From the NCBI GenBank assembly GCA_028279745.1, contig JANQNC010000001.1, positions 914,154 to 978,153 on the forward strand: a stretch of DNA of 64,000 bases, in the 5' to 3' direction. Positions 1 to 9,367 of the stretch are shown in pieces (position 1 is the first letter of the stretch; each line of letters begins with the position of its first letter). The notes under the pieces are model-generated. The model saw nothing but the letters and a program-made list of their open reading frames with translations, did not search any database and was not told the origin of the DNA. The position numbers were made by a program, and so were the translations under genes. The stretch comes from Candidatus Nanoarchaeia archaeon. GTDB taxonomy: Archaea > Nanobdellota > Nanobdellia > Woesearchaeales > JANQNC01.

Positions 1-156
1 TCAAAAAAGAAGGGTATGGGGCATATTGGTTTAACAGCGAGGATAAATCACTAAACAGGTATAAAAAAGGGACGAAAGCAATCGACTTTTTCTTTTTGAC
101 CAAAGAACATATAAATAAGTTGATGAGTTCAGATGAAATAAAAGTAAAAGGTTAAG

Positions 157-1371
157 ATGAACATAAGTGTTTTTGGATTGGGTTATGTGGGGATAGTAAC
201 ATCTGCAATACTTTCAAAGAAGCATAAAGTTATAGGTGTAGATGTAAATCCGACAAAAGTCTCAATAATGAACCAAGGCAGATCACCTATAATTGAGGAA
301 GGGGTGAGCGAGCTAGTAAAAAAAGGGATAAAGTCTAAAAGGCTTAAAGCAACTTCTGATCCAAAATATGCTGTAATGAACACAGATGTTTCTGTGATTT
401 GTGTCGGGACACCTTCTGAAGAGTCGGGAGGACACGATCTCTCTTATCTTAATAATGTTATGGAAGAGATATCAGAGCTACTTAAGGAAAAGAAAAAGTA
501 TCATCTTATTGTAATAAGATCTACAGTAACTCCTGGGACTTCTCTTGAGATGAAAGAAAAGTATTTTCAGGGGATGAATGTTGGGTTATGTTTTAACCCA
601 GAGTTTTTGAGAGAAGGCGTCGCGGTTAAAGATTATATCAATCCTCCTTTCATAATTGTTGCATGCACAGACAAGAAAGCAGTTAAGCTTATGAAAGAAT
701 TTTATAAAGGGATTAAATCAGAGTTTATTGTTGCACCATTTCAGGAAGCAGAGACAGTAAAGATGTTGTGTAATGTGTTCCATGCATATAAGATTGTGTT
801 TGCGAATGAAGTGGGCAGGTTTTCGGAAGCATATGGTGTGAGTGGAAAAAGATTAATGAGCTTGTTGTGCAGAGATAAAAAGCTAAACATCTCAAGTAAG
901 TATCTTATACCTGGTTTTGCTTATGGGGGGAGTTGCCTACCAAAAGATCTAAGAAATTTACAGTATCTTGCAAGAAAGAAAGATCTAGATTTACCTGTAA
1001 TAAACAGCCTTGATATTTCAAATGAGAAACACATACACAACGCAATAAGAAAAATAGAGTCATTTGATGTGCGGAGTGTGGGTTTTGTAGGATTAAGCTT
1101 TAAACCAGGTACAGATGATTTGAGAGAAAGTCCGCAAGTTAGGTTGGTTGAATACTTTATCGGAAAAGGGTATGATGTTAAAATATTCGACAAAGATGTT
1201 TCACTTGCAAAACTGATGGGTGCAAACAAAGCATACATCGAGAAAGAAATACCTCACATAAGCTCGCTTCTTGTGGATAGATTGGATGAGTTAGATGAGT
1301 GTAAAACTATAGTTCTTAATAGGAATGTTAAAAAAGATTTTAGCAATAGGAATGTTGTTGATTTAAGATAA
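157..1371 (+). CDS. Nucleotide-sugar dehydrogenase (UDP-glucose/GDP-mannose 6-dehydrogenase family)
   Basis: N-terminal Rossmann motif VFGLGYVG, catalytic GFAYGGSCLPKD motif; ~400 aa typical of the family. Confidence 0.85.
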   Translation: MNISVFGLGYVGIVTSAILSKKHKVIGVDVNPTKVSIMNQGRSPIIEEGVSELVKKGIKSKRLKATSDPKYAVMNTDVSVICVGTPSEESGGHDLSYLNNVMEEISELLKEKKKYHLIVIRSTVTPGTSLEMKEKYFQGMNVGLCFNPEFLREGVAVKDYINPPFIIVACTDKKAVKLMKEFYKGIKSEFIVAPFQEAETVKMLCNVFHAYKIVFANEVGRFSEAYGVSGKRLMSLLCRDKKLNISSKYLIPGFAYGGSCLPKDLRNLQYLARKKDLDLPVINSLDISNEKHIHNAIRKIESFDVRSVGFVGLSFKPGTDDLRESPQVRLVEYFIGKGYDVKIFDKDVSLAKLMGANKAYIEKEIPHISSLLVDRLDELDECKTIVLNRNVKKDFSNRNVVDLR

Positions 1372-1454
1372 TGTTTTCCTTTTAAATGAGGGGTCACTCC
1401 CTTTTTAAGGCAGGGGAAAAACTTAATAAAGACTTATTTTTCCTATTTTAGAAT

Positions 1455-2615
1455 ATGGTGGTTATAGATAACAAAGGAAGACTTTTTGGGAAAGTAAATG
1501 TTATAGATATTATTCTGGTTGCACTTGTTATTCTTGGGGTGATTGTTGGTGTGAAGTTTATTAGTGATCAACTTGAACCTCCCGAGTATGAAGCAACATA
1601 CCTTATTTTAGAAGTTGAAAGAGTCTCTTCCTACATACTTGAGACTGTGAAGGAGGGAGATGTAGGTTATTATAGGGGCATACCTGTACTAAAAATAATA
1701 AATTTTACAGCAATACCTAAATCAAAAGAGGAAGGGAACTATGAAGTTTACCTTACCTTTAAAGTTTTGTCCACAAATAACGGCGGAGATTTAAAATTTG
1801 CAGATGGCCAAGAGATAAGGGCGGGCGCACCCATCGAGCTTATAACAGAAAACAGCAGGTTTTTAGGAAAAATACAAAAAGTATCTCAGGATGTGGGCGA
1901 TTTACATTTACCAGACTATAAGATAGTAAAAAAAGTAATTGGTGTAGAAGTGAGTAATCTGGTGTCTGATGAGATTATAAGATCAATTGTTAAAGGAGGG
2001 GTAAATGAGTATGCAGGTATGAACATAACGAACATAGTTGACTATTCAGCTTTTCCTTCAGTTACGAGAGAAGGATACAGTCAGTTGTACTTGATTGTTG
2101 AAGTATTAGCAATATCTAAAGATGGAAGATTGATCTCGATAGAAAACGATAACCCTTCAAATGATATTAAAATAGGGAATTACGTGAATATACACACAGA
2201 TGATGGTTATTTTAGGGGGGTCATAGAACTGGTTGGAGATAACACCTCTGAGTTTAGAGAAGCTTATGATAAACGAGTTATGGGGGTATCTGTAATATCT
2301 CGAGGGGTGTATCCTGAACAAGGAGTTAATTTTGTGAACGTGGGTGATGTAGAGTTAGATGCTAGCGGAGAAGTAATTGTTAAGGTAGTAAACAGAGAAG
2401 AAATAAGTTCTAGTCTAGTCTCTGTGAGCGATTCAGGAAAGGTGTTTGTTGTAAAAGACCCGGTTAGAAAGGATATTACGTTAGATGCAGATATAACTGT
2501 ACTAAAAAAAGGAGATGACTACTTCTTTAAAGACGAACTTGTCAAAATTGGTGGGAAAATAACATTTTTACCGAGGAATAATTTAGTTGAAGGAGTAGTA
2601 ATAGACATAAAATGA
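1455..2615 (+). CDS. Hypothetical membrane-anchored protein (single N-terminal TM, large extracytoplasmic domain)
   Basis: ORF with hydrophobic segment IDIILVALVILGVIVG near N-terminus; no recognisable catalytic motifs. Confidence 0.4.
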   Translation: MVVIDNKGRLFGKVNVIDIILVALVILGVIVGVKFISDQLEPPEYEATYLILEVERVSSYILETVKEGDVGYYRGIPVLKIINFTAIPKSKEEGNYEVYLTFKVLSTNNGGDLKFADGQEIRAGAPIELITENSRFLGKIQKVSQDVGDLHLPDYKIVKKVIGVEVSNLVSDEIIRSIVKGGVNEYAGMNITNIVDYSAFPSVTREGYSQLYLIVEVLAISKDGRLISIENDNPSNDIKIGNYVNIHTDDGYFRGVIELVGDNTSEFREAYDKRVMGVSVISRGVYPEQGVNFVNVGDVELDASGEVIVKVVNREEISSSLVSVSDSGKVFVVKDPVRKDITLDADITVLKKGDDYFFKDELVKIGGKITFLPRNNLVEGVVIDIK

Positions 2616-3091
2616 AACGTCTAGCTGAAACTAGCTTTACATTTCAATCTTTAAACAAATTGAACGATCTTATTGTCATGGTAGTTTCTTTCTCTAGGTA
2701 CAGTGTACTGTTTAGATTATTAGACTGCATTGAAAGAAAGATAAGCAATATGTTCGGTGTTACTAAATTGGCGGAAATTAAAAGCGGCAGTAAGATTTTA
2801 GGTTTTTTTGAAGGGGATAATAAAGAGACATTTGAGGTTGCCAATAAAGGAGTTATCTACTCCATACTTAGTTTTGCAGGGAAGGTTGTGCACTTTTTTG
2901 TTGGATGTATCTTAAACCTAGTTCCTGAAAGAGTTTTAGGTATGAAGATGATAAGAGTGATGGGTGTTTTTATATTCGGATTGATAGCTGCGAATAGCAT
3001 AATCTCATCTGGAGAATTAAATTTACAAGGGGTTATAGTAAGAGGCATCATTATGGCAATATCTTTATTCTTGATCTGGAGGTTTAAATGA
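2612..3091 (+). CDS. Hypothetical small membrane protein
   Basis: ORF overlaps upstream stop by 4 nt (ATGA); two or more hydrophobic segments. Confidence 0.3.
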   Translation: MKRLAETSFTFQSLNKLNDLIVMVVSFSRYSVLFRLLDCIERKISNMFGVTKLAEIKSGSKILGFFEGDNKETFEVANKGVIYSILSFAGKVVHFFVGCILNLVPERVLGMKMIRVMGVFIFGLIAANSIISSGELNLQGVIVRGIIMAISLFLIWRFK

Positions 3092-3657
3092 AAGCTCAAG
3101 ACGTGATAAAAAAGATCGCACCCGTTTTTTTAGTACTAGTAAGTATGTTTGTTATTTTTATAGTTTTAATTATGGCTCAAATGGGAATTTTTACTTGTGC
3201 ACCTGGAGAAGTTGGTGAGTGTAATCTGTTGGATGGAGAAAAAGGCATAAGGTTATGTTCTTCTTCGGGAAAACTAAGCAAATCCTGGAGTGTATGTTTA
3301 CCTTATGAATGCAACAGACTGGACGCCACAGAGAAGTGCGAATTGACTGAAGGATTAGTTGGAATAAAAAAGTGTGTTCCTCGGGGTGAAGTTGGCAAAG
3401 TTTGGAGTGAGTGCGTTTTACACGAATGCGAGTATGACGGTAAGATCTTAGAATGTGGTTTTTCTGACGGAAGTAAAGGAATCCAGAACTGTGTGAGTTT
3501 TAAAGGAATTGGCACTAAATTAAGTGAATGTATCCTGTATGAATGTGAATATGCTTTTCAGGAAAAAGCCTGTATTTTAAGTAGTGGCTTAGAAGGCAAA
3601 CAAATCTGCCAAAGCCATAGTGGTGGCTTGGGCAAAAAATGGAGTGAATGCCAGTAA
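3088..3657 (+). CDS. Membrane-anchored cysteine-rich repeat protein (4 x ~31-aa Cys4 repeats)
   Basis: N-terminal TM (VFLVLVSMFVIFIVLIMA) followed by four repeats of pattern C-x6-G-x3-C-x(10-12)-WSEC-x3-EC; start overlaps upstream stop. Confidence 0.55.
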   Translation: MKAQDVIKKIAPVFLVLVSMFVIFIVLIMAQMGIFTCAPGEVGECNLLDGEKGIRLCSSSGKLSKSWSVCLPYECNRLDATEKCELTEGLVGIKKCVPRGEVGKVWSECVLHECEYDGKILECGFSDGSKGIQNCVSFKGIGTKLSECILYECEYAFQEKACILSSGLEGKQICQSHSGGLGKKWSECQ

Positions 3658-3750
3658 CTCCACTAAATCTTTATAAATAAAATACTTGTTCTTTAATGTA
3701 TGAACCTGTAGCGCAGCCTGGCAACTGCCACTGTCAGTTGACACCAGGAG

Positions 3751-3780
3751 GCGACTCCTAGTGCTTCGCACCGGAGTCCC
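3751..3780 (+). repeat. 30-nt hairpin module copy 1 (inside D-loop intron of tRNA-Arg CCT)
   Basis: gcgactcctagtgcttcgcaccggagtccc; stem GCGACTCC/GGAGTCcc; repeated at 3901-3930 with 2 mismatches. Confidence 0.8.
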
Positions 3781-3900
3781 CTGGGAACACTTGATCGTGT
3801 AAGTTGGGCAAATAGCGCAATAGCCTCCTAAACTTAAGTTGAAGACAGCTATAGGTCGAGGGTTCGAAACAGCTGGTTACGCTCAGCTGGCACGCAAAAA

Positions 3901-3930
3901 GCGACTCCTAGTGTTACGCACCGGAGTCCC
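3901..3930 (+). repeat. 30-nt hairpin module copy 2 (inside T-loop intron of tRNA-Arg CCT)
   Basis: gcgactcctagtgttacgcaccggagtccc; both copies are also adjacent to a shared tgtcagtt/gttgac motif. Confidence 0.8.
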
Positions 3931-3987
3931 TTGTGATTTGTCAGTTAGTAACTGTTGACGAAAGTCCCTCCAGGTTCGTATTTTAAG

Positions 3988-5091
3988 ATGATACAAGAAG
4001 CATACCAGATAGCAAAAGAGAATTTGAGGAATTCGTATAGTGATAAAGGGGTGTTAGCAGGGACAACACACTTTTCAGACTACTGGGCAAGAGACGGACT
4101 CTATGCCGTATTTGGAATGTGTGAATTGGGGGATTTTGAAAAAATAAAAAAAGAGCTGCTTTTGTTGCTTAATTATCAGAAAAAGGATGGGCAGCTGCCT
4201 TTAAGGGTTGGACAGAAAAGTATGATCTTGAACTTTTTAGGAATTAAAGGTAAGATACAAGCAAGATATACAGAAGACAAAAAAGATAATGTTCCAACAG
4301 ATCAAAATTCTTTGTTTATAATTGCATTAAAACATTATGTTGATAAGACTGGAGACATTGATTTTGTAAAAAAGAACCATTCAAAGATAAAAAAAGTGAT
4401 AGACTGGTATGGTGCAGGAGATCTGGTTGTTGAAGATGAATATTGCTCGTGGGCAGATAACATAAGAAAAAAAGGAAAAGTGCTGTATACGAATGTACTT
4501 TACTGTAAGGCATTATCAGATATGCATAAAATGGAGAATAAGCTGGGACATAAATCAGAGTATATGAAAAAATCAGTTTTTATTAAAGAGAAAATCAACA
4601 AAGAATTCTGGAGCGGAAACTACTATTCAGACTGGATAGACTCTGAAGGGCGACATGATTATTTTACTGCCTGTGGAAACTTATTAGCAATAATATTTGA
4701 TGTTGCAGACAAAGAGAAAGCATATAAGATACTTTATTTTATGGAAAAGAATAAGTTAGATGGGGGGTTCACAACACTTAATGCATTTCCAAGATACAAA
4801 AAAGAAGAAAAGTCAGCATTACTGAGATTTTTCGGGATGGATGACTATCAAGACAATGTATACTGGTTATGGCCTGGCTGTTTGGATATAATAGCAAGAC
4901 ACAAAACAGGATTTAAGTATGAAGATCTTGTCAGGAAGATGTCAGAAAAGATTGTAGAGCATAAAGGAGTTTATGAAGTTTATAGTTTGGATGGGAAACC
5001 ACTTAAGAGATTATTTTATAGGTCAGAAAAGAATTTTGCATGGAGTTCGTCTCTTTTTATACATGCTGTTCACGAAACAAAACTATTTTGA
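3988..5091 (+). CDS. Glycoside hydrolase-like protein (six-hairpin, amylo-alpha-1,6-glucosidase / GH63-like)
   Basis: HFSDYWARDG motif and overall resemblance to GDE_C/GH63 family; start moved to ATG 3988 because longer ORF (3955) overlaps the tRNA. Confidence 0.55.
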   Translation: MIQEAYQIAKENLRNSYSDKGVLAGTTHFSDYWARDGLYAVFGMCELGDFEKIKKELLLLLNYQKKDGQLPLRVGQKSMILNFLGIKGKIQARYTEDKKDNVPTDQNSLFIIALKHYVDKTGDIDFVKKNHSKIKKVIDWYGAGDLVVEDEYCSWADNIRKKGKVLYTNVLYCKALSDMHKMENKLGHKSEYMKKSVFIKEKINKEFWSGNYYSDWIDSEGRHDYFTACGNLLAIIFDVADKEKAYKILYFMEKNKLDGGFTTLNAFPRYKKEEKSALLRFFGMDDYQDNVYWLWPGCLDIIARHKTGFKYEDLVRKMSEKIVEHKGVYEVYSLDGKPLKRLFYRSEKNFAWSSSLFIHAVHETKLF

Positions 5092-5107
5092 AAGTTGGGA
5101 TTATAAA

Positions 5108-5950
5108 ATGATAAAAACAATATTGTTATTTGGCTTGGCGGTTTTGTTAGTGCTAAGAATAAAAGGCAAAATAAAAAGAGCAAAAAATATGAAAAAAAAG
5201 CCAAAAGTGATGAAAGGAGCAGAATCAAAGTTTATTAAAGGAGGGAAAGAAGGGGTGTTGTTATTGCATGGATTTACATCAACACCTGATGAGTTCCCTT
5301 GGATACTGAAGAACTTTCCAAAGAAAAAATATACTGTAAGTGCACCATTACTAGCAGGGCATGGAACTTCTATAGAACATCTTGATACAACAACCTGGCA
5401 AGATTGGTATAGGTCAGCGGAAAAAGCATACAAAGAACTAAGAAAGAGCTGTGAAAAAATAATTATAGTGGGATCATCTTCAGGAGGCAATTTAGGCTTA
5501 TTACTTGCTTCAAAATACAAAGTTGATTCAATAGTCTTAATGGGCACAATAGTCAAGTTTAAATTTCATGAAGCAATAAGGGTATTAGCATCAATAACAG
5601 GAATATTTACTGATAAAATTAAGAAAAGACATTTTCCTAGGGTAATTGAAAAAGAGATAAACAAAAAAAGACACTATAGATTCATTCCTATAAAAAGTTT
5701 TAAAGTCTTATTTGGTCTAATGAAAGAATCAAGAAACGCGCTTTCAAACGTTAAATCAAATCTTTTACTAATACAGTCTAACGATGACTTCTTAACTAAT
5801 AAAAATAATGTGAGATGTATCTATAAACAAATAAACTCAAAAAACAAAGAAGCAATAATAATGGACAGTGCATTCCACATCCCAGTATTTGAAAAAGAAA
5901 GAAAAGAAATCAGAAGTCTAATTACACGTTATTTAGACCAAGTAAAATAA
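5108..5950 (+). CDS. Alpha/beta-hydrolase (carboxylesterase/thioesterase-like)
   Basis: Nucleophile elbow GSSSGG, HGFTSTPDEF motif after N-terminal TM; start chosen at MIKTILL (5108) to avoid overlap with upstream gene. Confidence 0.65.
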   Translation: MIKTILLFGLAVLLVLRIKGKIKRAKNMKKKPKVMKGAESKFIKGGKEGVLLLHGFTSTPDEFPWILKNFPKKKYTVSAPLLAGHGTSIEHLDTTTWQDWYRSAEKAYKELRKSCEKIIIVGSSSGGNLGLLLASKYKVDSIVLMGTIVKFKFHEAIRVLASITGIFTDKIKKRHFPRVIEKEINKKRHYRFIPIKSFKVLFGLMKESRNALSNVKSNLLLIQSNDDFLTNKNNVRCIYKQINSKNKEAIIMDSAFHIPVFEKERKEIRSLITRYLDQVK

Positions 5951-5951
5951 G

Positions 5952-7049
5952 TCAGATAGTTTCTAATATTTCATCAGCAAGCTCTAAAGCTTCCTTACAT
6001 GCAACGTCCATATTGATGTACTTATATCTTCCAAGCCTTCCCAAGAAATAAGTGTCTTTTGTATTTTCTGCAAGCTCTTGATATTTTTTGAAAAGCTCTT
6101 TTGTTTCCTTTTGAGGTATAGGGTATGCAGGTACGCCTTCCCAAGTAGGGATTTCTTTCATAATCGTAGTCTTATCAGTCTTTTGATTCAAGAAATGTTT
6201 AAACTCGGTGATTCTAGTATAAGGAACATCAGGTCCTGGGTAGTTTACTACCGAATTTTCCTGAAATAGCTCCTTGTCTTTGGTTTCTAATATAAATTTA
6301 AGAGCTCTATATTTTAATTTTCCAAATTTGAAATCAAAAAATTCATCAATCGGGGCTGTGCAAATTAGTTTTGAATAATCTATTTTGTTTATTACATCTT
6401 TGTAATCTGTATTAAGCTTAATTTGGATGTTTGGAGATGCAATAATCTTTTTGAACATTTCGGAAAAACCATTGATTGGGATTCCTTGAAGTTCATTACT
6501 AAAATAGTAATCATCTTCATCAAATCTTACAGGAATTCTTTCAAGAACTTCTTTATCTAGATCTTCAGGATAACAATCCCATTGTTTTTTAGTGTAATAT
6601 TTAATAAAAGCATCATAAAGCTCAGTGCCAATCCTAGAAAGAATAACGTCTCGTGAATTTTTTATTATATCTATCTTTTCCCTTTTGTCCTCGAAAAACT
6701 CTTTCATACCTTCCCCGTCAAGATTAAGATTGTAAAACTTGTTGAAAGTTGTAAGATTAATTGGTACGGGGTAAAGCTTGTCTTTGTGTTTTGCAATAAC
6801 TTTATGTTTGTAATCATTAAATTTTGTAAATCTATTTAGATATTCAGAAACATCTTCGAATTTGGTGTGAAATATGTGCGGGCCGTAAGTCTGAACCATA
6901 ACTCCATTTTCGTCCAGCTTATCGCTACACTGACCACCAATATGATTCCTTTTTTCAACTATTAAAACATTAAGACCTTTTTCAGCCAGTCTCTGAGCAG
7001 CAACACAGCCAGAAAAACCAGCACCTACAATTAATACATCACACTTCAT
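5952..7049 (-). CDS. glf: UDP-galactopyranose mutase
   Basis: FAD motif VGAGFSGCV, HIGGQ, YGPHIFHT signature; ~365 aa. Confidence 0.9.
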   Translation of the reverse strand: MKCDVLIVGAGFSGCVAAQRLAEKGLNVLIVEKRNHIGGQCSDKLDENGVMVQTYGPHIFHTKFEDVSEYLNRFTKFNDYKHKVIAKHKDKLYPVPINLTTFNKFYNLNLDGEGMKEFFEDKREKIDIIKNSRDVILSRIGTELYDAFIKYYTKKQWDCYPEDLDKEVLERIPVRFDEDDYYFSNELQGIPINGFSEMFKKIIASPNIQIKLNTDYKDVINKIDYSKLICTAPIDEFFDFKFGKLKYRALKFILETKDKELFQENSVVNYPGPDVPYTRITEFKHFLNQKTDKTTIMKEIPTWEGVPAYPIPQKETKELFKKYQELAENTKDTYFLGRLGRYKYINMDVACKEALELADEILETI

Positions 7050-8205
7050 TTTTATTAAGCAGATTCAGTAAGAATTGAGCAATCTCATCACTGCCATTAT
7101 CTATGGATAAATTCTCAATATTCTTAACATAATCATTATAGCCTCCTTTATCTTTTAGTATTTTAGTAACTAGTTCATAAGCTTGCTTAGGTTTTTTTCT
7201 ATACCAACAAACTTTTTCTTTTAAGAATGCCTTCAATGCAGGTTCTTCATTCTTAAGACATTGCGTGATTATTATCGGTTTTTTGTAAATAAAAGATTCA
7301 AACATAAAAGATAATCCTGATTTACCCATCATCAAGTCAGAAGCAGAAACATACTCTTCCATGTTTGTAACAAAACCAAGAACAGTTAGCGAGAACTTTT
7401 TTGTGTTGTGGGTTTTAGCTAAGTTTTCAAGCTTGTTCTTCAAAGCTTCATTTCTGCCACACACAACAACCATCTGAACATCTAGATCTGATTCTATAAA
7501 CGGAAGGATTATCTTATCTAAGTCTCCAATACCCTCTCCTCCCGAAACCAAGGTAACTGTGAACTTATTTTTTTCTAAACCTAGTTTAGATCTTGTTCCG
7601 TTAACGTTAACTTTTTTACTTTGGAACACTTCTCTCAATGGAAAGTTAAAGTTTTTTATCTGTGAACCAGTTAATCCTTTTTTGGTTAATTTCTTGTTAG
7701 CATCTTTAGAATAAATAATTGTATAATCATTATTTTTGTTTATCCAATTGCGATGAGGATCAAATGCATCGGTAATGAAAGAAACGGTTGGGACGTCAAG
7801 TTTATTTTCCTTCTTAAGATCTCCAACTATCTGGTTAAAAGTGAAGTGAGTTGTAAAAATTAAATCAGGTTTTGTTTGGGTTATGTAGTTAAGTATTTTT
7901 TTCTTTAAGTCTCTTCTCAAAAATTTTTCAACTTGATGTGCAACCCCACTGTTTAAAATAGGATAAACTGTAGAAAAAAGTTTTGGGTTATTAAGACAGA
8001 AATTCCAGCTGTCTTTGTAAAAGTTATCAAATTTCAGACAACCAACCTCTTTTGCGCCATCAATAACTTGAAAGTCTATACTTTTATCCATTTTGTGGAT
8101 AGAATTCTTTACTGCCATGGCAGGCATTTTGTGGCCAGAGCCAGCTTCCATCATAAGCGCTAGGATCTTTTTCATTTTTAAACCAGTGCTACTGTTTTTA
8201 TTCAT
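7039..8205 (-). CDS. Glycosyltransferase, MGDG-synthase/MurG-like (GT28-like)
   Basis: GT-B fold architecture resembling MGDG synthase N-domain plus GT28 C-domain; inference from overall similarity only. Confidence 0.5.
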   Translation of the reverse strand: MNKNSSTGLKMKKILALMMEAGSGHKMPAMAVKNSIHKMDKSIDFQVIDGAKEVGCLKFDNFYKDSWNFCLNNPKLFSTVYPILNSGVAHQVEKFLRRDLKKKILNYITQTKPDLIFTTHFTFNQIVGDLKKENKLDVPTVSFITDAFDPHRNWINKNNDYTIIYSKDANKKLTKKGLTGSQIKNFNFPLREVFQSKKVNVNGTRSKLGLEKNKFTVTLVSGGEGIGDLDKIILPFIESDLDVQMVVVCGRNEALKNKLENLAKTHNTKKFSLTVLGFVTNMEEYVSASDLMMGKSGLSFMFESFIYKKPIIITQCLKNEEPALKAFLKEKVCWYRKKPKQAYELVTKILKDKGGYNDYVKNIENLSIDNGSDEIAQFLLNLLNKNEV

Positions 8206-8305
8206 GGAAAGGAAGGTGTTTTATAAAGCTATGCTCTCTCACATTTAAATAAAAATATGCTAATAGATAAGCTTTAAAAGGGAAAGTTATTAGTTAATAA
8301 AACAG

Positions 8306-9367
8306 ATGAAAGTACTACTCGGTGCCCTATCTTGGGGTTTAGGACATGCAACAAGAGACCTTCCAGTACTAAAAAAAATGATTGATGAAGGTCATGAAGT
8401 TACTGTTTTAAGCTATGGGCGATCTCTTGAATTACTAAAACATACTCTAAAAGATAGATGTGAATACAAAGAGTTGTTTGATTACCCTTTACCATATACT
8501 AAGTCAAATTTAATGCCTGGGAAAATAATGCTTTACTTTCCAAGAATTTTAAAGGCAATAAAAGATGAGCATAGAAAAGCACAAAAAATAATACATCAAG
8601 GAAACTTTGACAGAGTGATATCTGATGCAAGATATGGAGTTTATAGTTTAAAGAAACCTTCGTTCTTTATGACAAATCAAGTCAAATACATTTCTCCCGG
8701 AAGATTCTTTTTGGGAGAGTTAGCGACAGAATTTTTTAACCATAACTTTCACAAGAAGTTCAGTGCAGTTATTGTCCCAGATTATAGGGATAACTCTTTA
8801 AGCGGGGATTTAAGCCATAACTTGAAATTTCTTAAAGATAAAAGGATAGAATATGTGGGGATGTTAACAGATCTTCAGAAGAAGGAAGTCAAGCAAGACA
8901 TCGATCACTTTATCACTATATCAGGACCAGAACCACAAAGAACCTTATTTCAGGAAAAGATATTCAAGCAGATAGACCAGCTAAAAGGGAGAATTGTTGT
9001 GACGTGCGGGAAGCCTGAGTCAATTAATAAAGATCTATTGGGGGATGTTGAAGTCCATACACATCTGAAAAGAGAAGATCAAGAAGATTTTACCAACAGA
9101 AGCAAAATGGTGATAGCAAGATCAGGATACACAACAATGATGGAACTAGTTGCACTAGGAAAAAAAGCATTATTGGTTCCAACACCTGGGCAAACAGAAC
9201 AAGAGTACCTATCAAAATATCATAATAAGTTAGGAACCTTTTATTCGGTAAGCCAAAATAAATTCCAATTAGGAAGAGATGCAAAGATTGCAGAGAAATA
9301 TTCTGGATTTAACGAACAACACGATACAAAAAAATCTGTAGACAAATTTATGCAGATAATCTCTTAA
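8306..9367 (+). CDS. UDP-glycosyltransferase (MGT/GT1-GT28 superfamily)
   Basis: N-terminal GALSWGLGHATR motif typical of MGT/UGT-like GT-B enzymes. Confidence 0.55.
   Translation: MKVLLGALSWGLGHATRDLPVLKKMIDEGHEVTVLSYGRSLELLKHTLKDRCEYKELFDYPLPYTKSNLMPGKIMLYFPRILKAIKDEHRKAQKIIHQGNFDRVISDARYGVYSLKKPSFFMTNQVKYISPGRFFLGELATEFFNHNFHKKFSAVIVPDYRDNSLSGDLSHNLKFLKDKRIEYVGMLTDLQKKEVKQDIDHFITISGPEPQRTLFQEKIFKQIDQLKGRIVVTCGKPESINKDLLGDVEVHTHLKREDQEDFTNRSKMVIARSGYTTMMELVALGKKALLVPTPGQTEQEYLSKYHNKLGTFYSVSQNKFQLGRDAKIAEKYSGFNEQHDTKKSVDKFMQIIS

Larger units (their letters stand above)
3702..3978 (+). tRNA. tRNA-Arg (anticodon CCT) with three introns (D-loop ~3722-3811, anticodon loop ~3831-3846, T-loop ~3869-3964)
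   Basis: Manual fold: acceptor GAACCTG/CAGGTTC + G73; D-stem GCGC/GCGC with D-loop AGCCTGG^ATA; anticodon stem ATAGC/GCTAT with loop CTCCTA^A; variable AGGTC; T-arm GAGGG-TTCGAA^T-CCCTC. Exon sequence and T-loop intron junction (cgaaag|T) parallel the second tRNA-Arg at 18729-18869. Confidence 0.6.

Noticed and set aside
3955-3987. Longest-ORF start (3955) for the glycoside hydrolase gene
   Set aside because: It overlaps the 3' exon of the tRNA-Arg gene. An in-frame ATG at 3988 just downstream of the tRNA is more plausible.
3700-3990. Initially considered an SRP RNA or RNase P RNA because of length (~290 nt), GC-richness and hairpins
   Set aside because: No conserved SRP helix-8 or RNase P CR-I/CR-V motifs. 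The region resolves cleanly into a tRNA-Arg cloverleaf once three introns are removed, with exon similarity to the tRNA at 18729-18869.
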